From Candidatus Woesearchaeota archaeon (lineage in GTDB: Archaea; Nanobdellota; Nanobdellia; Woesearchaeales; GW2011-AR4), in contig NZDH01000017.1 in the NCBI GenBank assembly GCA_002688775.1, positions 1 to 62,559 on the forward strand: DNA of 62,559 nucleotides, read 5' to 3'. The notes beneath the pieces are model-generated. The model made no database searches and had not been told where the DNA came from. It saw only the letters and a list, made by a program, of their open reading frames with translations. The position numbers and the translations under genes are program-made. Shown here piece after piece: positions 40,880 to 50,815 of this stretch (positions are counted from its first letter, which is position 1; each line of letters starts with the position of its first letter).

Positions 40880-42070
40880 TTAAATACCTCTCCCAACCAA
40901 ATAAATAGACCCAGCCACAACAACCAAATCTTTTTTACCAGCAATTTTCTCAGCATAACTTAATGCTTTTTTAGGATCTTCTATTATTTCTGCCTTTGTT
41001 TTTTTATTTATTTTCCTAAACATATTCAATAAATTTTTAGGTTCAGAAGCACGCTTGTTATCTGCTTTTGTAAAAATCATCGCTGAAACAAGCGGATTTA
41101 TTGTTTTTAGCATTGTTTTGATGTCTTTATCCTTCAAAATTCCAACAACAAATATAAAATTCCTGATTTTTCTTTTTTTCCTGGTGATTGACAATTCTTT
41201 CTTCAAAACTTCAAAACTAGGGGGATTATGAGCGCAATCAACTAAAACATTGGTGGCAATAAACTGCAATCTTCCGGCAATTTGTGTTTTTTTAATTCCA
41301 GATATTATTTTTTTATTTTTTAATTTTATTAAACCAGTATTATTTAAAACATTTAATGCAGTTATTGCAACACTTGCATTTTCCTGCTGAAAATTGCCGT
41401 TAATGTACTTAAAAGCTATTTTTTTGGACTTTTTTGCTAAAATAACCTTAGAATTTCTTTCTTTTGCAATGTTTTTAATGATTTGAAGAGCTTTGCCCTG
41501 GGCATCTGTCACAACCGGCACTTTATTTTTAATAATTCCTGCTTTTTCATAAGCAACTTTCTCAATCTTATTGCCCAGCATATCAGTATGTTCAAGCGCG
41601 ATGTTAGTTATGACAGAAATCAAAGGGTTTACCACATTGGTAGCGTCAAGCCTCCCCCCCAATCCAACCTCCAAAACAGCAAAATCCACTTTTTTATCAT
41701 CAAAATAGAGCAAAGCCATGGCAGTTGTTATCTCAAAAAAACTCTGGTTTGTGATAAAAGGCTTGACTTTCAGAAAATATTCAGCAATTTCTTTGTCGGT
41801 TATGAATTTGTCATTAATCCTAATCCTTTCATTGAATTTTTTAAGGTGAGGGCTTGTATAGATTCCAACCTTGTATCCGGATTCTTTCAGGGCAGAAAAC
41901 ATCATTGCACAGACACTGCCCTTGCCATTAGTGCCGGCAACGTGTATACATTTCAGATATTTCTCCGGGCTGCCGATCTTATCAAGCATTTCCTGTATAT
42001 TATGGAGCCCCAGTTTTATATTTGGGCTCTCCAGGCTGTACAGATACTCCAAAATTTCCTTATTATCCAT
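40880..42070 (-). CDS. folC: Folylpolyglutamate synthase / dihydrofolate synthase
   Basis: HVAGTNGKGS, YTSPHL, LEVGLGGRLDATN, DCAHNP, AGSIYLVG; probable start MDNKE. Confidence 0.93.
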   Translation of the reverse strand: MDNKEILEYLYSLESPNIKLGLHNIQEMLDKIGSPEKYLKCIHVAGTNGKGSVCAMMFSALKESGYKVGIYTSPHLKKFNERIRINDKFITDKEIAEYFLKVKPFITNQSFFEITTAMALLYFDDKKVDFAVLEVGLGGRLDATNVVNPLISVITNIALEHTDMLGNKIEKVAYEKAGIIKNKVPVVTDAQGKALQIIKNIAKERNSKVILAKKSKKIAFKYINGNFQQENASVAITALNVLNNTGLIKLKNKKIISGIKKTQIAGRLQFIATNVLVDCAHNPPSFEVLKKELSITRKKRKIRNFIFVVGILKDKDIKTMLKTINPLVSAMIFTKADNKRASEPKNLLNMFRKINKKTKAEIIEDPKKALSYAEKIAGKKDLVVVAGSIYLVGRGI

Positions 42071-42148
42071 AATAAGTGCAAATTCTAGCAAATTAATAAA
42101 GGTTATTAAAACAATAAATATAAAAATACTTAAATAAAGCAAATCAAA

Positions 42149-43195
42149 ATGCAATATGTCAAAAAAGAGTATAAAAGATTCAATAAAACCAGCTATCGTT
42201 CTTTTATTTTAGGCGGCGATATAGGCGGCACAAACACTAATTTAGGCATTTTTGGAGTTAAAAATAAATCACCAACGCTTCTGCTCTCGTTTCACTTCAA
42301 AAGTAAAGAACTAAAAGGCCTGCATGAAGCGATAAATATGGTATTAAAGTACATGCAAGGATATAGGATAAGCATAACAAAGGCAAGCATTGGCGCTGCA
42401 GGAGTTTTATCAACAAAAAAGGAATTAATTACTGTGACCAATTTGAAATGGCATGTAAACAAAAAATCCCTGATCAAAAAAACAAAACTAAAAAAAATCA
42501 TCTTATTAAATGATTTTGAAGCAATAGGGTATGGTGTAAACACCCTTTCTAAAAAAGATGTTAAAATAGTAAAAAAAGCCAAAAAAATCCCAAAAGCGCC
42601 GATAGTTGTGATTGGGGCAGGGACTGGATTTGGAAAAACGACTTTATTCTACAATGATCAGCACAAATCATATATTCCAATGCCTTCAGAAGGAGGCCAT
42701 ATTGATTTTGCGCCTAAAAACAAGGATGAATTAGGACTGGCCAACTTCATCAAAAAATATAGGAGAATAAAGCAAAGCATTAGCTATCAACAGGTATTGT
42801 CAGGAAGCGGCTTAGAGAATATATATGTGTATTTGAGAAAAAGATTCAATAAAACTAAGTACACAAAAGAAATAGATAAATCAGCTAACAAAGCTATGTT
42901 AATCTCAAAGTATAGGAAAGTTGACAGGACATGCAAAGCTGTCTTTGAAATATTCAAGAAATTTTATGGAACTGCTGCAAAAGACTATGCTGTCGATGCA
43001 CTGTCCTATGGCGGAATATACATTTCAGGAGGCATCGCAGCCAAAAATAATGACATCTTTGATAAGACTTTTATCAAAAATTTTTACGACAGCCCGCAGA
43101 TGAAAGAAGTTGTATTGAAAACTCCAGTTTATGTTATACTGGATTACAATATAGGACTGCTCGGAGCAGGCTTTGCAGGAGCCAGATTTTTATAG
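42149..43195 (+). CDS. glk: Glucokinase (E. coli Glk type)
   Basis: GDIGGTN, LLNDFEA, GAGTGFG, PSEGGH, GGIYISGGIA. Confidence 0.9.
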   Translation: MQYVKKEYKRFNKTSYRSFILGGDIGGTNTNLGIFGVKNKSPTLLLSFHFKSKELKGLHEAINMVLKYMQGYRISITKASIGAAGVLSTKKELITVTNLKWHVNKKSLIKKTKLKKIILLNDFEAIGYGVNTLSKKDVKIVKKAKKIPKAPIVVIGAGTGFGKTTLFYNDQHKSYIPMPSEGGHIDFAPKNKDELGLANFIKKYRRIKQSISYQQVLSGSGLENIYVYLRKRFNKTKYTKEIDKSANKAMLISKYRKVDRTCKAVFEIFKKFYGTAAKDYAVDALSYGGIYISGGIAAKNNDIFDKTFIKNFYDSPQMKEVVLKTPVYVILDYNIGLLGAGFAGARFL

Positions 43196-43238
43196 TTAAA
43201 TGTTAAGTTTAAATACAGACTAATTTTAATCAAAAAAA

Positions 43239-44747
43239 ATGACAGAACATCATTGCATCTTTGCGATATTCGGGGCAACAGGCGACTTGACAAACAGGAA
43301 ATTGCTTCCTGCGCTGTACTATCTTGAACAGGAAAGGCAGTTAAAAGAAGATTTCAGGATTGTCTGCATTGCAAGAAAAGACAAGACTCATGAGCAGTAT
43401 AGAAAAGAAGCGACAGAATCAATAAGAAGATTTTCAAGAATAAAGGTCCAGGGTGAAGTTTTAAAAAAGCTTGCTTCACGAATTTACTATCAAAAAGTTG
43501 AATTCTCGGATTTAGAAGATTACAATAGATTAAAAAAATTTGTAGAAAAAATTTCAGGCCAAAGCTGTGTAAATTGTGAAAGAATTTTTTACCTTGCTGT
43601 ACCAGCTTCTTTTTTCAGCATGATTGTGGATAATCTCAGAACTGTAAAACTGGCGGAAAGGGACCATAAAAAGCAGGCATACAACAGGATCATGTTTGAA
43701 AAGCCATTTGGGTCTGACCTTAAATCCGCAAAAGAACTAAACAATTCTGTAACCAAAGTTTTTGATGAAGAGCAGATTTACAGGATAGACCATTACATGG
43801 CAAAGGAGTTAGTGCAAAATCTGCTGGTTTTAAGGTTCGCAAACAGTATTTTTGAGCCTTTGTGGAACAAGGAGTACATTGACCACATACAAATAACAGT
43901 GGCAGAAACACTCGGTGTTGAAGCAAGAGCGAATTATTATGAAAAAGCAGGCGCAATACGCGATGTAATGCAAAACCACATGATGCAGCTGCTTAGTTTA
44001 GTGGGAATGGAAGCCCCAAAAAGCATGGATGCCGATGATGTAAAGGATAAAAAAGTCAAAGTTCTGAAGTCATTGCCAAAGTTAACTGAAAAAAACATAA
44101 AAAAAGTATCAGTTATTGGGCAATATGGCAACGGTGCAATAGGCAATGATAAAGTTGCAGCTTACAATAAAGAAAAAGGTGTTGACAAAAATTCAAAGGC
44201 CGAGACTTATGTCGCTCTGAAGCTTGAGATAAACAACAAGATGTGGAAAGGCGTTCCTTTTTACCTAAGGACAGGAAAAAGATTAAAGGACAGGTCTACT
44301 GAAATAATTATAGTGTATCATAAAGTTCCTTTTAAATTGTTTTCAAAATCAGATCCTGAGAAAAACATGATGATAATAAGAGTGCAGCCTTATGAAGGGA
44401 TAACTTTGCAGTTCAATGCAAAAGTTCCTGGCAAAAAAGTCATAATCGACAATGTAAACATGGATTTCTGCCACGAATGCAAATTCGGTCCTAACAGTCC
44501 TGAAGCTTATGAAAGACTGCTTTACGATGTCATGATCGGCGACCAGACACTGTTCACAAGATGGGATGAAGTAGAAAACGCATGGAAAATCTTTGACGTC
44601 TTGATTAACGCTCACAAAAACTCAAAGCCATCAAAATACGAATCAGGATCCTGGGGCCCAAAACAAGCAGACAAACTCATTGAAAAAGATGGAAGGGAAT
44701 GGGTTCATCCGCAAAGGCCAAGTTACGCTGATCAGCTGGGAAAATAA
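43239..44747 (+). CDS. zwf: Glucose-6-phosphate 1-dehydrogenase
   Basis: FGATGDL, EKPFG, YRIDHY, RDVMQNH, GVPFYLRTGK. Confidence 0.96.
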   Translation: MTEHHCIFAIFGATGDLTNRKLLPALYYLEQERQLKEDFRIVCIARKDKTHEQYRKEATESIRRFSRIKVQGEVLKKLASRIYYQKVEFSDLEDYNRLKKFVEKISGQSCVNCERIFYLAVPASFFSMIVDNLRTVKLAERDHKKQAYNRIMFEKPFGSDLKSAKELNNSVTKVFDEEQIYRIDHYMAKELVQNLLVLRFANSIFEPLWNKEYIDHIQITVAETLGVEARANYYEKAGAIRDVMQNHMMQLLSLVGMEAPKSMDADDVKDKKVKVLKSLPKLTEKNIKKVSVIGQYGNGAIGNDKVAAYNKEKGVDKNSKAETYVALKLEINNKMWKGVPFYLRTGKRLKDRSTEIIIVYHKVPFKLFSKSDPEKNMMIIRVQPYEGITLQFNAKVPGKKVIIDNVNMDFCHECKFGPNSPEAYERLLYDVMIGDQTLFTRWDEVENAWKIFDVLINAHKNSKPSKYESGSWGPKQADKLIEKDGREWVHPQRPSYADQLGK

Positions 44748-44753
44748 AATCCA

Positions 44754-45080
44754 TCATCTACTCACAACACTTTGGTACACTTTAGACAATTCTGCATACT
44801 GTTGCTTTATTTGGGGGTTTGAATTAAGATATTGTGTCCATTGGCTGCAACATTTCTTATCGCTATGACTAAATATTTCTTTCCCATTGACCATTCCTTC
44901 TAAGCTTTTCTGCTGAAACCTCATTATTGGCCCGCCACATTCCCTGCATGGGACAATTTCTACACCACCATCATGCATTTGCCCATTGGATTTAATAGTA
45001 ACCTCGCCAGCATCCTTTCCAAACAAGGTCTTGTAAGACTTAAAGTTTAATTTTAGTTCATTTCCTGCCATTTTATTCAC
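44754..45080 (-). CDS. Hypothetical protein with CxxC
   Basis: CRECGG ... KCC. Confidence 0.55.
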   Translation of the reverse strand: MNKMAGNELKLNFKSYKTLFGKDAGEVTIKSNGQMHDGGVEIVPCRECGGPIMRFQQKSLEGMVNGKEIFSHSDKKCCSQWTQYLNSNPQIKQQYAELSKVYQSVVSR

Positions 45081-45233
45081 CTTGGATTATTACACGTATA
45101 ACCGTTTTAAATAATATTTCGTTTAGTAGTCAAATTCTTTATTTAACCCTTTAAGATAACTTTATTTTATAAAAACGTATTGAACTGGAGATATTAGGTT
45201 AAATATGGGGAAAAAATTTTGGAGGTGATTAAA

Positions 45234-45341
45234 ATGGTGAGTTATGAGAAAACTTCTACAGAAGCCTATTATGAAGACTTCTTAGGCAGATTCAGGCTTG
45301 GGGATGACTCAGACCTGATGGCTGAATTTGAAGACAAATGA
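45234..45341 (+). CDS. Small acidic peptide (35 aa)
   Basis: GGAGGTGA RBS; MVSYEKTSTEAYYEDFLGRFRLGDDSDLMAEFEDK; T-tract downstream. Confidence 0.55.
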   Translation: MVSYEKTSTEAYYEDFLGRFRLGDDSDLMAEFEDK

Positions 45342-45420
45342 AAAAAGCGGGTTCTTAGTTTTTTTGCATCCATACAAAAAACAAAAGTTATTAATATGGC
45401 AATTTTTATTCTTAGTTCAA

Positions 45421-46035
45421 ATGAAAATCTACGATCTATCGCCGGAAATATCAGAGCAGATGGCAGTTTACAAGAACAAATCAGAGAAAAGGCCAAAAAT
45501 AAAGGTGACAAGAACCCTGAAGGAAGGTACAAACGAGTCAAAGCTTGATATTGAATTGCATACCGGCTCTCATGTGGATGCCCCATACCATACTTTGAAA
45601 TTCGGGAATACAATTGAAAAATTAAGCCTGGACAAATTTATGGGAAATTCAATTGTACTGGATCTTACTAAAGTAAAAGACTCCATCAGGCAAAGCAATT
45701 TAAGCAAATTAAGAATCAAGAAAAATGACATTGTATTGTTAAAAACCAAAAACAATCCAGATAAAAATTTCAATCCGGATTTCACCTATCTTCATAAAAG
45801 CGGTGCAGCTTATCTTGCTTCAAAAAAAATAAAGGCAGTTGGTATTGATTCGTTAGGAATTGAACGAAACGATCCAAGCCATGAAACACACAACATATTG
45901 CTGAGAAAAAACATCCCGATATTTGAAGGCCTTGACTTAAGCAAAGTAAAGCAGGGAAATTATTTCTTCCACGGATTGCCGCTGAAAATCAAGAATGGCG
46001 ATGCTAGTCCGGTTAGGGCTGTGCTCGTCCGCTAG
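45421..46035 (+). CDS. Cyclase-family (KynB-like) metal hydrolase
   Basis: MKIYDLS, HTGSHVDAPYH, VGIDSL, IFEGL, DASPVRA. Confidence 0.9.
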   Translation: MKIYDLSPEISEQMAVYKNKSEKRPKIKVTRTLKEGTNESKLDIELHTGSHVDAPYHTLKFGNTIEKLSLDKFMGNSIVLDLTKVKDSIRQSNLSKLRIKKNDIVLLKTKNNPDKNFNPDFTYLHKSGAAYLASKKIKAVGIDSLGIERNDPSHETHNILLRKNIPIFEGLDLSKVKQGNYFFHGLPLKIKNGDASPVRAVLVR

Positions 46036-46459
46036 AATAAACAAATCTTGTATATTCTGCAAGCCTCCCCTCAAAATCATAATTTGCCCTGACCATTCCC
46101 ACAGCATCATTGCGACCTTGCACTAGCAAATCAAGTACTGGAACTGCTTTAACTTGGTCTATTGCATGAAACCTTTTTAGTAATTTGGGTTTATCACGGC
46201 ATATATTCCCTAATAAATTTATTGCGTGGTCTAATTCGTCTAAAGAGTCCCCTGTAACATACATAGTCTCTTGGTCAATTTCTACAATAGCAGCAAATCC
46301 GGAATCCCATATTTCCCTAGGGATATGGCCATGAAAATCTATATGGCGCGTTCTATGAGATCTTCCTTGATATGAAGGTGCACTTCCTCTTCCAATTCGT
46401 CCGTGAGGTGTATTTGCCATACACCATAAGACCATTTGCCCATTTAAAAAACTTTCCAT
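46013..46459 (-). CDS. Hypothetical protein
   Basis: 148-aa ORF, no recognised motif. Confidence 0.5.
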   Translation of the reverse strand: MESFLNGQMVLWCMANTPHGRIGRGSAPSYQGRSHRTRHIDFHGHIPREIWDSGFAAIVEIDQETMYVTGDSLDELDHAINLLGNICRDKPKLLKRFHAIDQVKAVPVLDLLVQGRNDAVGMVRANYDFEGRLAEYTRFVYSSGRAQP

Positions 46460-46545
46460 TTTTAACTACTTTAAAGAAACAACAAGATTTAAAACAATAA
46501 TTATTTAAACATAAAATAAATCAAAAATTCTCAGAGGTGTAATGA

Positions 46546-46767
46546 ATGGCTAGTAAAAATGTTAAGAAAAATGTATCAGCAGCAAAAAAGAAGTTAAGGG
46601 CTGAATTTAAGAGATCAAGGGCAAAGTTAATCAAATCTGAAAAGGAAGTTGCTCGTTTTATTGAGAAAAATCCCGGGAAAGCAATTACAATTGCAGCAGG
46701 GATTGGAGCGACAATTGCAGCAGGCATAGCAGCAGCCGTGATAAAACACAAAAAGAAAGGAAGATAA
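46546..46767 (+). CDS. YqjD/ElaB-like tail-anchored basic protein
   Basis: FIEKNPGKAITIAAGIG followed by a TM helix and basic tail. Confidence 0.6.
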   Translation: MASKNVKKNVSAAKKKLRAEFKRSRAKLIKSEKEVARFIEKNPGKAITIAAGIGATIAAGIAAAVIKHKKKGR

Positions 46768-46773
46768 TTTTCA

Positions 46774-47664
46774 ATGAAAATCGGATTTATCGGCTTGGGA
46801 AGAATGGGTTTCTTCATGGTCGAAAGACTATTGCAGCACAAGATAGAAGTCGTTGCGCACAACCGAAGTCCGGAAAAAGTTGATGAGATTGCAAAAAAAG
46901 GGGCAATTCCAGCCCATAGTGTTGACGAATTGCTTCAAAAACTTGAAGGCAGAAAAATAATCTGGCTCATGCTACCGGCAGGCAAGGCAACTGATGAAGT
47001 GATGAAAAAAATTCTTCCAAAATTAAGCAAAAACGACATTTTAATTGATGGCGCTAATGATTTCTACGGCAATGCTGAAAGGCACAGCAAGGAATGCAGC
47101 AAATATGGTGTTAATTTCTTTGATTGCGGAGTTTCTGGAGGAATATGGGGCTTGAAAAACGGCTACACATTAATGGTAGGCGGCCCAAAAGATTTGTTTA
47201 AGGAAATAGAACCACTTTGCAAGGCTTTGTCTCCAAAAGAAAGTTATGGTTATTTCGGAGAAGCTGGTGCTGGTCACTTTGTAAAAAGCGTGCACAACAT
47301 TGTTGAGTATGTTTATCTTCAGGGAATTGCCGAAGGCGTAGAAATATTAAGCAAGTTCAAGCAGGAAATTGACATCAACAAAGCAGTCCATATCTGGCGT
47401 CCTGCTTCTGTTGTAAGAAGCTGGCTCATGGATCTGACAGATAATGCACTTGGCAGTCCTGATTTCAAGGACATATTGCCTGTAAATAACAGCGTTACAA
47501 TCAACGAGCTTCGCGAGACTTCAAAATCAGTAAACGCTTATGCTCCTGCTTTTGAAATTGCAGCAAACATCAGGGAAGACAAAAGCGATAAGTTTGTTCT
47601 TGGCAAAAGGACAATAGCCGCTGTCCGAAACCAATTCGGCGGCCATAAAGTTGAGAAGAAATAA
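46774..47664 (+). CDS. gnd: 6-phosphogluconate dehydrogenase, short (GntZ/YqeC-like) form
   Basis: IGLGRMG, WLMLPAG, DCGVSGG, GAGHFVKSVHN, RNQFGGH. Confidence 0.92.
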   Translation: MKIGFIGLGRMGFFMVERLLQHKIEVVAHNRSPEKVDEIAKKGAIPAHSVDELLQKLEGRKIIWLMLPAGKATDEVMKKILPKLSKNDILIDGANDFYGNAERHSKECSKYGVNFFDCGVSGGIWGLKNGYTLMVGGPKDLFKEIEPLCKALSPKESYGYFGEAGAGHFVKSVHNIVEYVYLQGIAEGVEILSKFKQEIDINKAVHIWRPASVVRSWLMDLTDNALGSPDFKDILPVNNSVTINELRETSKSVNAYAPAFEIAANIREDKSDKFVLGKRTIAAVRNQFGGHKVEKK

Positions 47665-47684
47665 AAACTAAGGAGGGTAACAAA

Positions 47685-47882
47685 ATGAAAAGCTTGAAAT
47701 GCAGTGATTTGGGAGCGTCTGATTGCACCTTTGAGGCAACAGGCGAGTCAGATGAAGAAATTATCCAAAAGATGTTTGCTCATGCAGCAGAAGTCCACAA
47801 GGACAAGCTCGCAGGCATGACAGACGAACAAAAGAAAGTCATGATGGACAAGATGGGTGAATTGCTTAGTAAGCAGGAGTGA
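47685..47882 (+). CDS. DUF1059-like small metal-binding protein
   Basis: LKCSDLG..C.FEA.GE..EEI....HA...H. Confidence 0.8.
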   Translation: MKSLKCSDLGASDCTFEATGESDEEIIQKMFAHAAEVHKDKLAGMTDEQKKVMMDKMGELLSKQE

Positions 47883-47897
47883 TTTTTTTGGTTTTTA

Positions 47898-49526
47898 TTA
47901 CATAAATCTATTTACAAGGAATTCGCCTAATTGTTCGCTAATTGCATCTATTGAGAATAATTCTTGGCTGCGCATTGAAATATTACGTTGGGTCTCAAGT
48001 CTTATGTTCAAATCTCCTCGAGCATCTTCTCTAATGAAGGATGTAACTAGCTCTGCAAGTGATGTTTCAGTGTCCTTTAGAGTTTCACTCCCACTATGAA
48101 ACCCATTATTATTCACATAATGGCGAGCACTCAATGCCACATAACTTCGGGGATCAAATGTTGATATGGGTATAATGTGGCCAAAACCAAGCTGTGAACA
48201 TACTTGTTCAAGTGGTGGTGTTTGAGAGACAATCGGAATGGAACCTAATGAGCAACCTTCATTTAGTGCATTAGCAAAGACTTCTGCAATACTAAGGAAC
48301 AGATGATAATCTGATCCTGATAACAATTTTGCAATATCCGCATGATCTAAATGATTCCCGACAATGGTTACTCGCATTGGAAAAGTGCTTGATAGCTCTT
48401 CAGCTCTCTTGGAGTAAGATTCTCTCTCAGAATCTGATACATATGCACTGTTTCCCACCAATATTAGTTGTGTCTCAGGATTGTCTTCAAGAACTCTAAA
48501 AGCAGATTCAAGCACAGCAAATGAACATTTTTGGTAATTGTCTACACGATTTATGCTGGTCAGGAGAATCTTCGAAGAATCTTCATGCAGCCCATACCTT
48601 GCTTGTAAAGCAAGTTTATTTTTCATTTTAAAAGCACGAAAATCGTCGATCGAAAATGATCTTAGCTGAGTCCATGGCTGGCCCCTTAATGCTGCACTTG
48701 AGCGTGGGTCAAAATCCGACATTACTGGTTGATGTAATTGAATTACATTTCCCCCTCTTTGTCGCATTAGGAACATCTCTCGAATTGGTTTGTAGACTTG
48801 GTCGGGGATTCTTGGATCATATGACCCGGGATCTCCATAAAGAGCACCCATACCAGGACCACAAATTATTGCATCTGCATCACGATATGCACATTCATTT
48901 ATATTGATTCCATCTATATTGCCGGGGGGTAACATTGAGTCTGGCAAGTGACTCCCATCAATAAAGGGCATAAGGATTGATCCGTTTCGATATAAAATTC
49001 TAAATTGATTTTGGGCGATTTTCGAGAGACGTGAGACATTAATTGCAGTTGGTGAATTCATTGCCATTACAAGGTCTCTTTGCTGAGGTGAAGCATCTGT
49101 TAATTCAGAAGGGGTTTTAGCTATTTTTCTTGATAAGTAGGAAGCTATTGCTTCTGAAAGTCTTAAATTATAATATCTTAAAGGGTGCTTTGGTGGTGTG
49201 TCAAGTGCTTCATCATTATGAAGCCCTATATAATCTATGCCTTGGTTGGATCCAAATTGAAGTCTAAATACACGAACTGAAAATGCCCTTGCTGGCTCAA
49301 AAGGATCCTGTATTACAAGAGGTTCCTGCTCTTCAACTATGTTATCCTTTAATGCTGTAAGTTGATCATGATTAATATAGCTTAAGACCGAGGTACCATA
49401 TCCTATTTGGTTAAGCATTCTTGCAGAGATTGTCGAAGAGGTTGCCATTCCTGCCACTGCACCAATCTCTTGGGATTGTGTTGTTATGATTATTGCATTT
49501 CTTCTATATGTCTGTAATCCATTCAT
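47898..49526 (-). CDS. Divergent GT-B glycosyltransferase (GT4/GT5-like)
   Basis: SINRVDNYQK, LILVGN, EVFANALNEGCSLGSIPIVS. Confidence 0.65.
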   Translation of the reverse strand: MNGLQTYRRNAIIITTQSQEIGAVAGMATSSTISARMLNQIGYGTSVLSYINHDQLTALKDNIVEEQEPLVIQDPFEPARAFSVRVFRLQFGSNQGIDYIGLHNDEALDTPPKHPLRYYNLRLSEAIASYLSRKIAKTPSELTDASPQQRDLVMAMNSPTAINVSRLSKIAQNQFRILYRNGSILMPFIDGSHLPDSMLPPGNIDGININECAYRDADAIICGPGMGALYGDPGSYDPRIPDQVYKPIREMFLMRQRGGNVIQLHQPVMSDFDPRSSAALRGQPWTQLRSFSIDDFRAFKMKNKLALQARYGLHEDSSKILLTSINRVDNYQKCSFAVLESAFRVLEDNPETQLILVGNSAYVSDSERESYSKRAEELSSTFPMRVTIVGNHLDHADIAKLLSGSDYHLFLSIAEVFANALNEGCSLGSIPIVSQTPPLEQVCSQLGFGHIIPISTFDPRSYVALSARHYVNNNGFHSGSETLKDTETSLAELVTSFIREDARGDLNIRLETQRNISMRSQELFSIDAISEQLGEFLVNRFM

Positions 49527-49761
49527 AATAACCCCTCCTGATATTGTAGCCCGAGCAACCTCCTTTCACTTATACTAGGGTCTGGTTGGAAATCTTGCAT
49601 CTCTATTCCCAAAAAAATCTCTAGCAAGAATTATTGGTTTACCACAATATCCTCCAAAATCGACGAATTTCATTTTCGTAAACCATCCGCAACTATTGCC
49701 CTATATCTCATTGATCCAGGAAAACCAGATTTTTCTACACCAGTTAAGTATCCAAAATCAA

Positions 49762-50561
49762 TTAGATCGCCGTACTGTGGTGCGGGCAGTTGAATCCAAT
49801 TTTTTCTATTGTGGTAAGTGTATGTGAAAATAGTGATCCTGCACTCCCTAAACAATGCTTGCATGCATCCAGAGGAGTATCCCTACTCAGAAAATCACGT
49901 ATTTGTTGGGGCGTAGTTTTAGGATCAAGTAATGATACTCCCTCTGTTTTCACTTCTGGCTGGACACGGGGGATAAATAAGGATTGAGGGCAAAGATATA
50001 AAATTCCTTCATCTAAGGTATAGCATTTCCAATTATGAGCAACTTCACAAGCTTTAAACACCCTTTCAGTTAGAGCTTCATCAGCACTGGGATTTTGTGA
50101 AAATGTCTCGCGAAATTGTGGATAACTTGCAACTCTAAGTGCGATTTGATTTTCTTCTGCAATTTCTCGAAAAAGTTGGATTTTCTCTTCTGATAACTTC
50201 GCCTGACCATATAAAGATACATATACTTCATCAACATTTTTCCAAACATCGCCAGTTATTCTAGATACAGGCAATCCGTTTGTGACAACACGAACATGCT
50301 TGCTAATTCCGCTATTAGCACAAGCTTCCACCACATCAGCCAAATCAGGGTGGAGTAGCGGCTCTCCACCGATTAGACATAAAGTTCCAATGGATATTAA
50401 GTCTGAAGATTGTTCTAGTTCATGAGATAATTTTTCTGCATCAACAAAATGCTTGTCCATAACTGGTGAGAGCACCCTTTACAAGTTAAGTTGCAATGGT
50501 AGACTATATTAACTTCAACTTCATCAAGGTGAACTTTTTCTTTTTGGTGTTCCTGATTCAT
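49762..50561 (-). pseudogene. Radical SAM protein, frameshifted just after CxxxCxxC
   Basis: MNQEH...HCNLTCKGCSH in one frame; GGEPLLHP, VTNG, CKHC in another. Confidence 0.75.
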
Positions 50562-50815
50562 TTTTCTGTATAGGGGTTGGTGGATGAATCAACCCAGTTA
50601 TTTTAAATTGACGGGTTAAAATTATTTCTGCACCAGATCGTTAATTACTTTTAAGTAAGTAATAATTATTTTTAAGTTTTTCTATTCTAAATGCTATTTC
50701 AATAAAAAGGACCAAAACAAAACGTCTCTCTCACCCTTCGGAACAAACCCAAACCTTTATATAGACCCAATACTTACCTTTTCTTACTATTTTTAATAAC
50801 GTGGAGGAAAACTAA

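Noticed and set aside
49523-49673. RiPP precursor peptide beside the radical SAM gene
   Set aside because: Only short or stop-interrupted frames without a convincing RBS and start; the region looks decayed.
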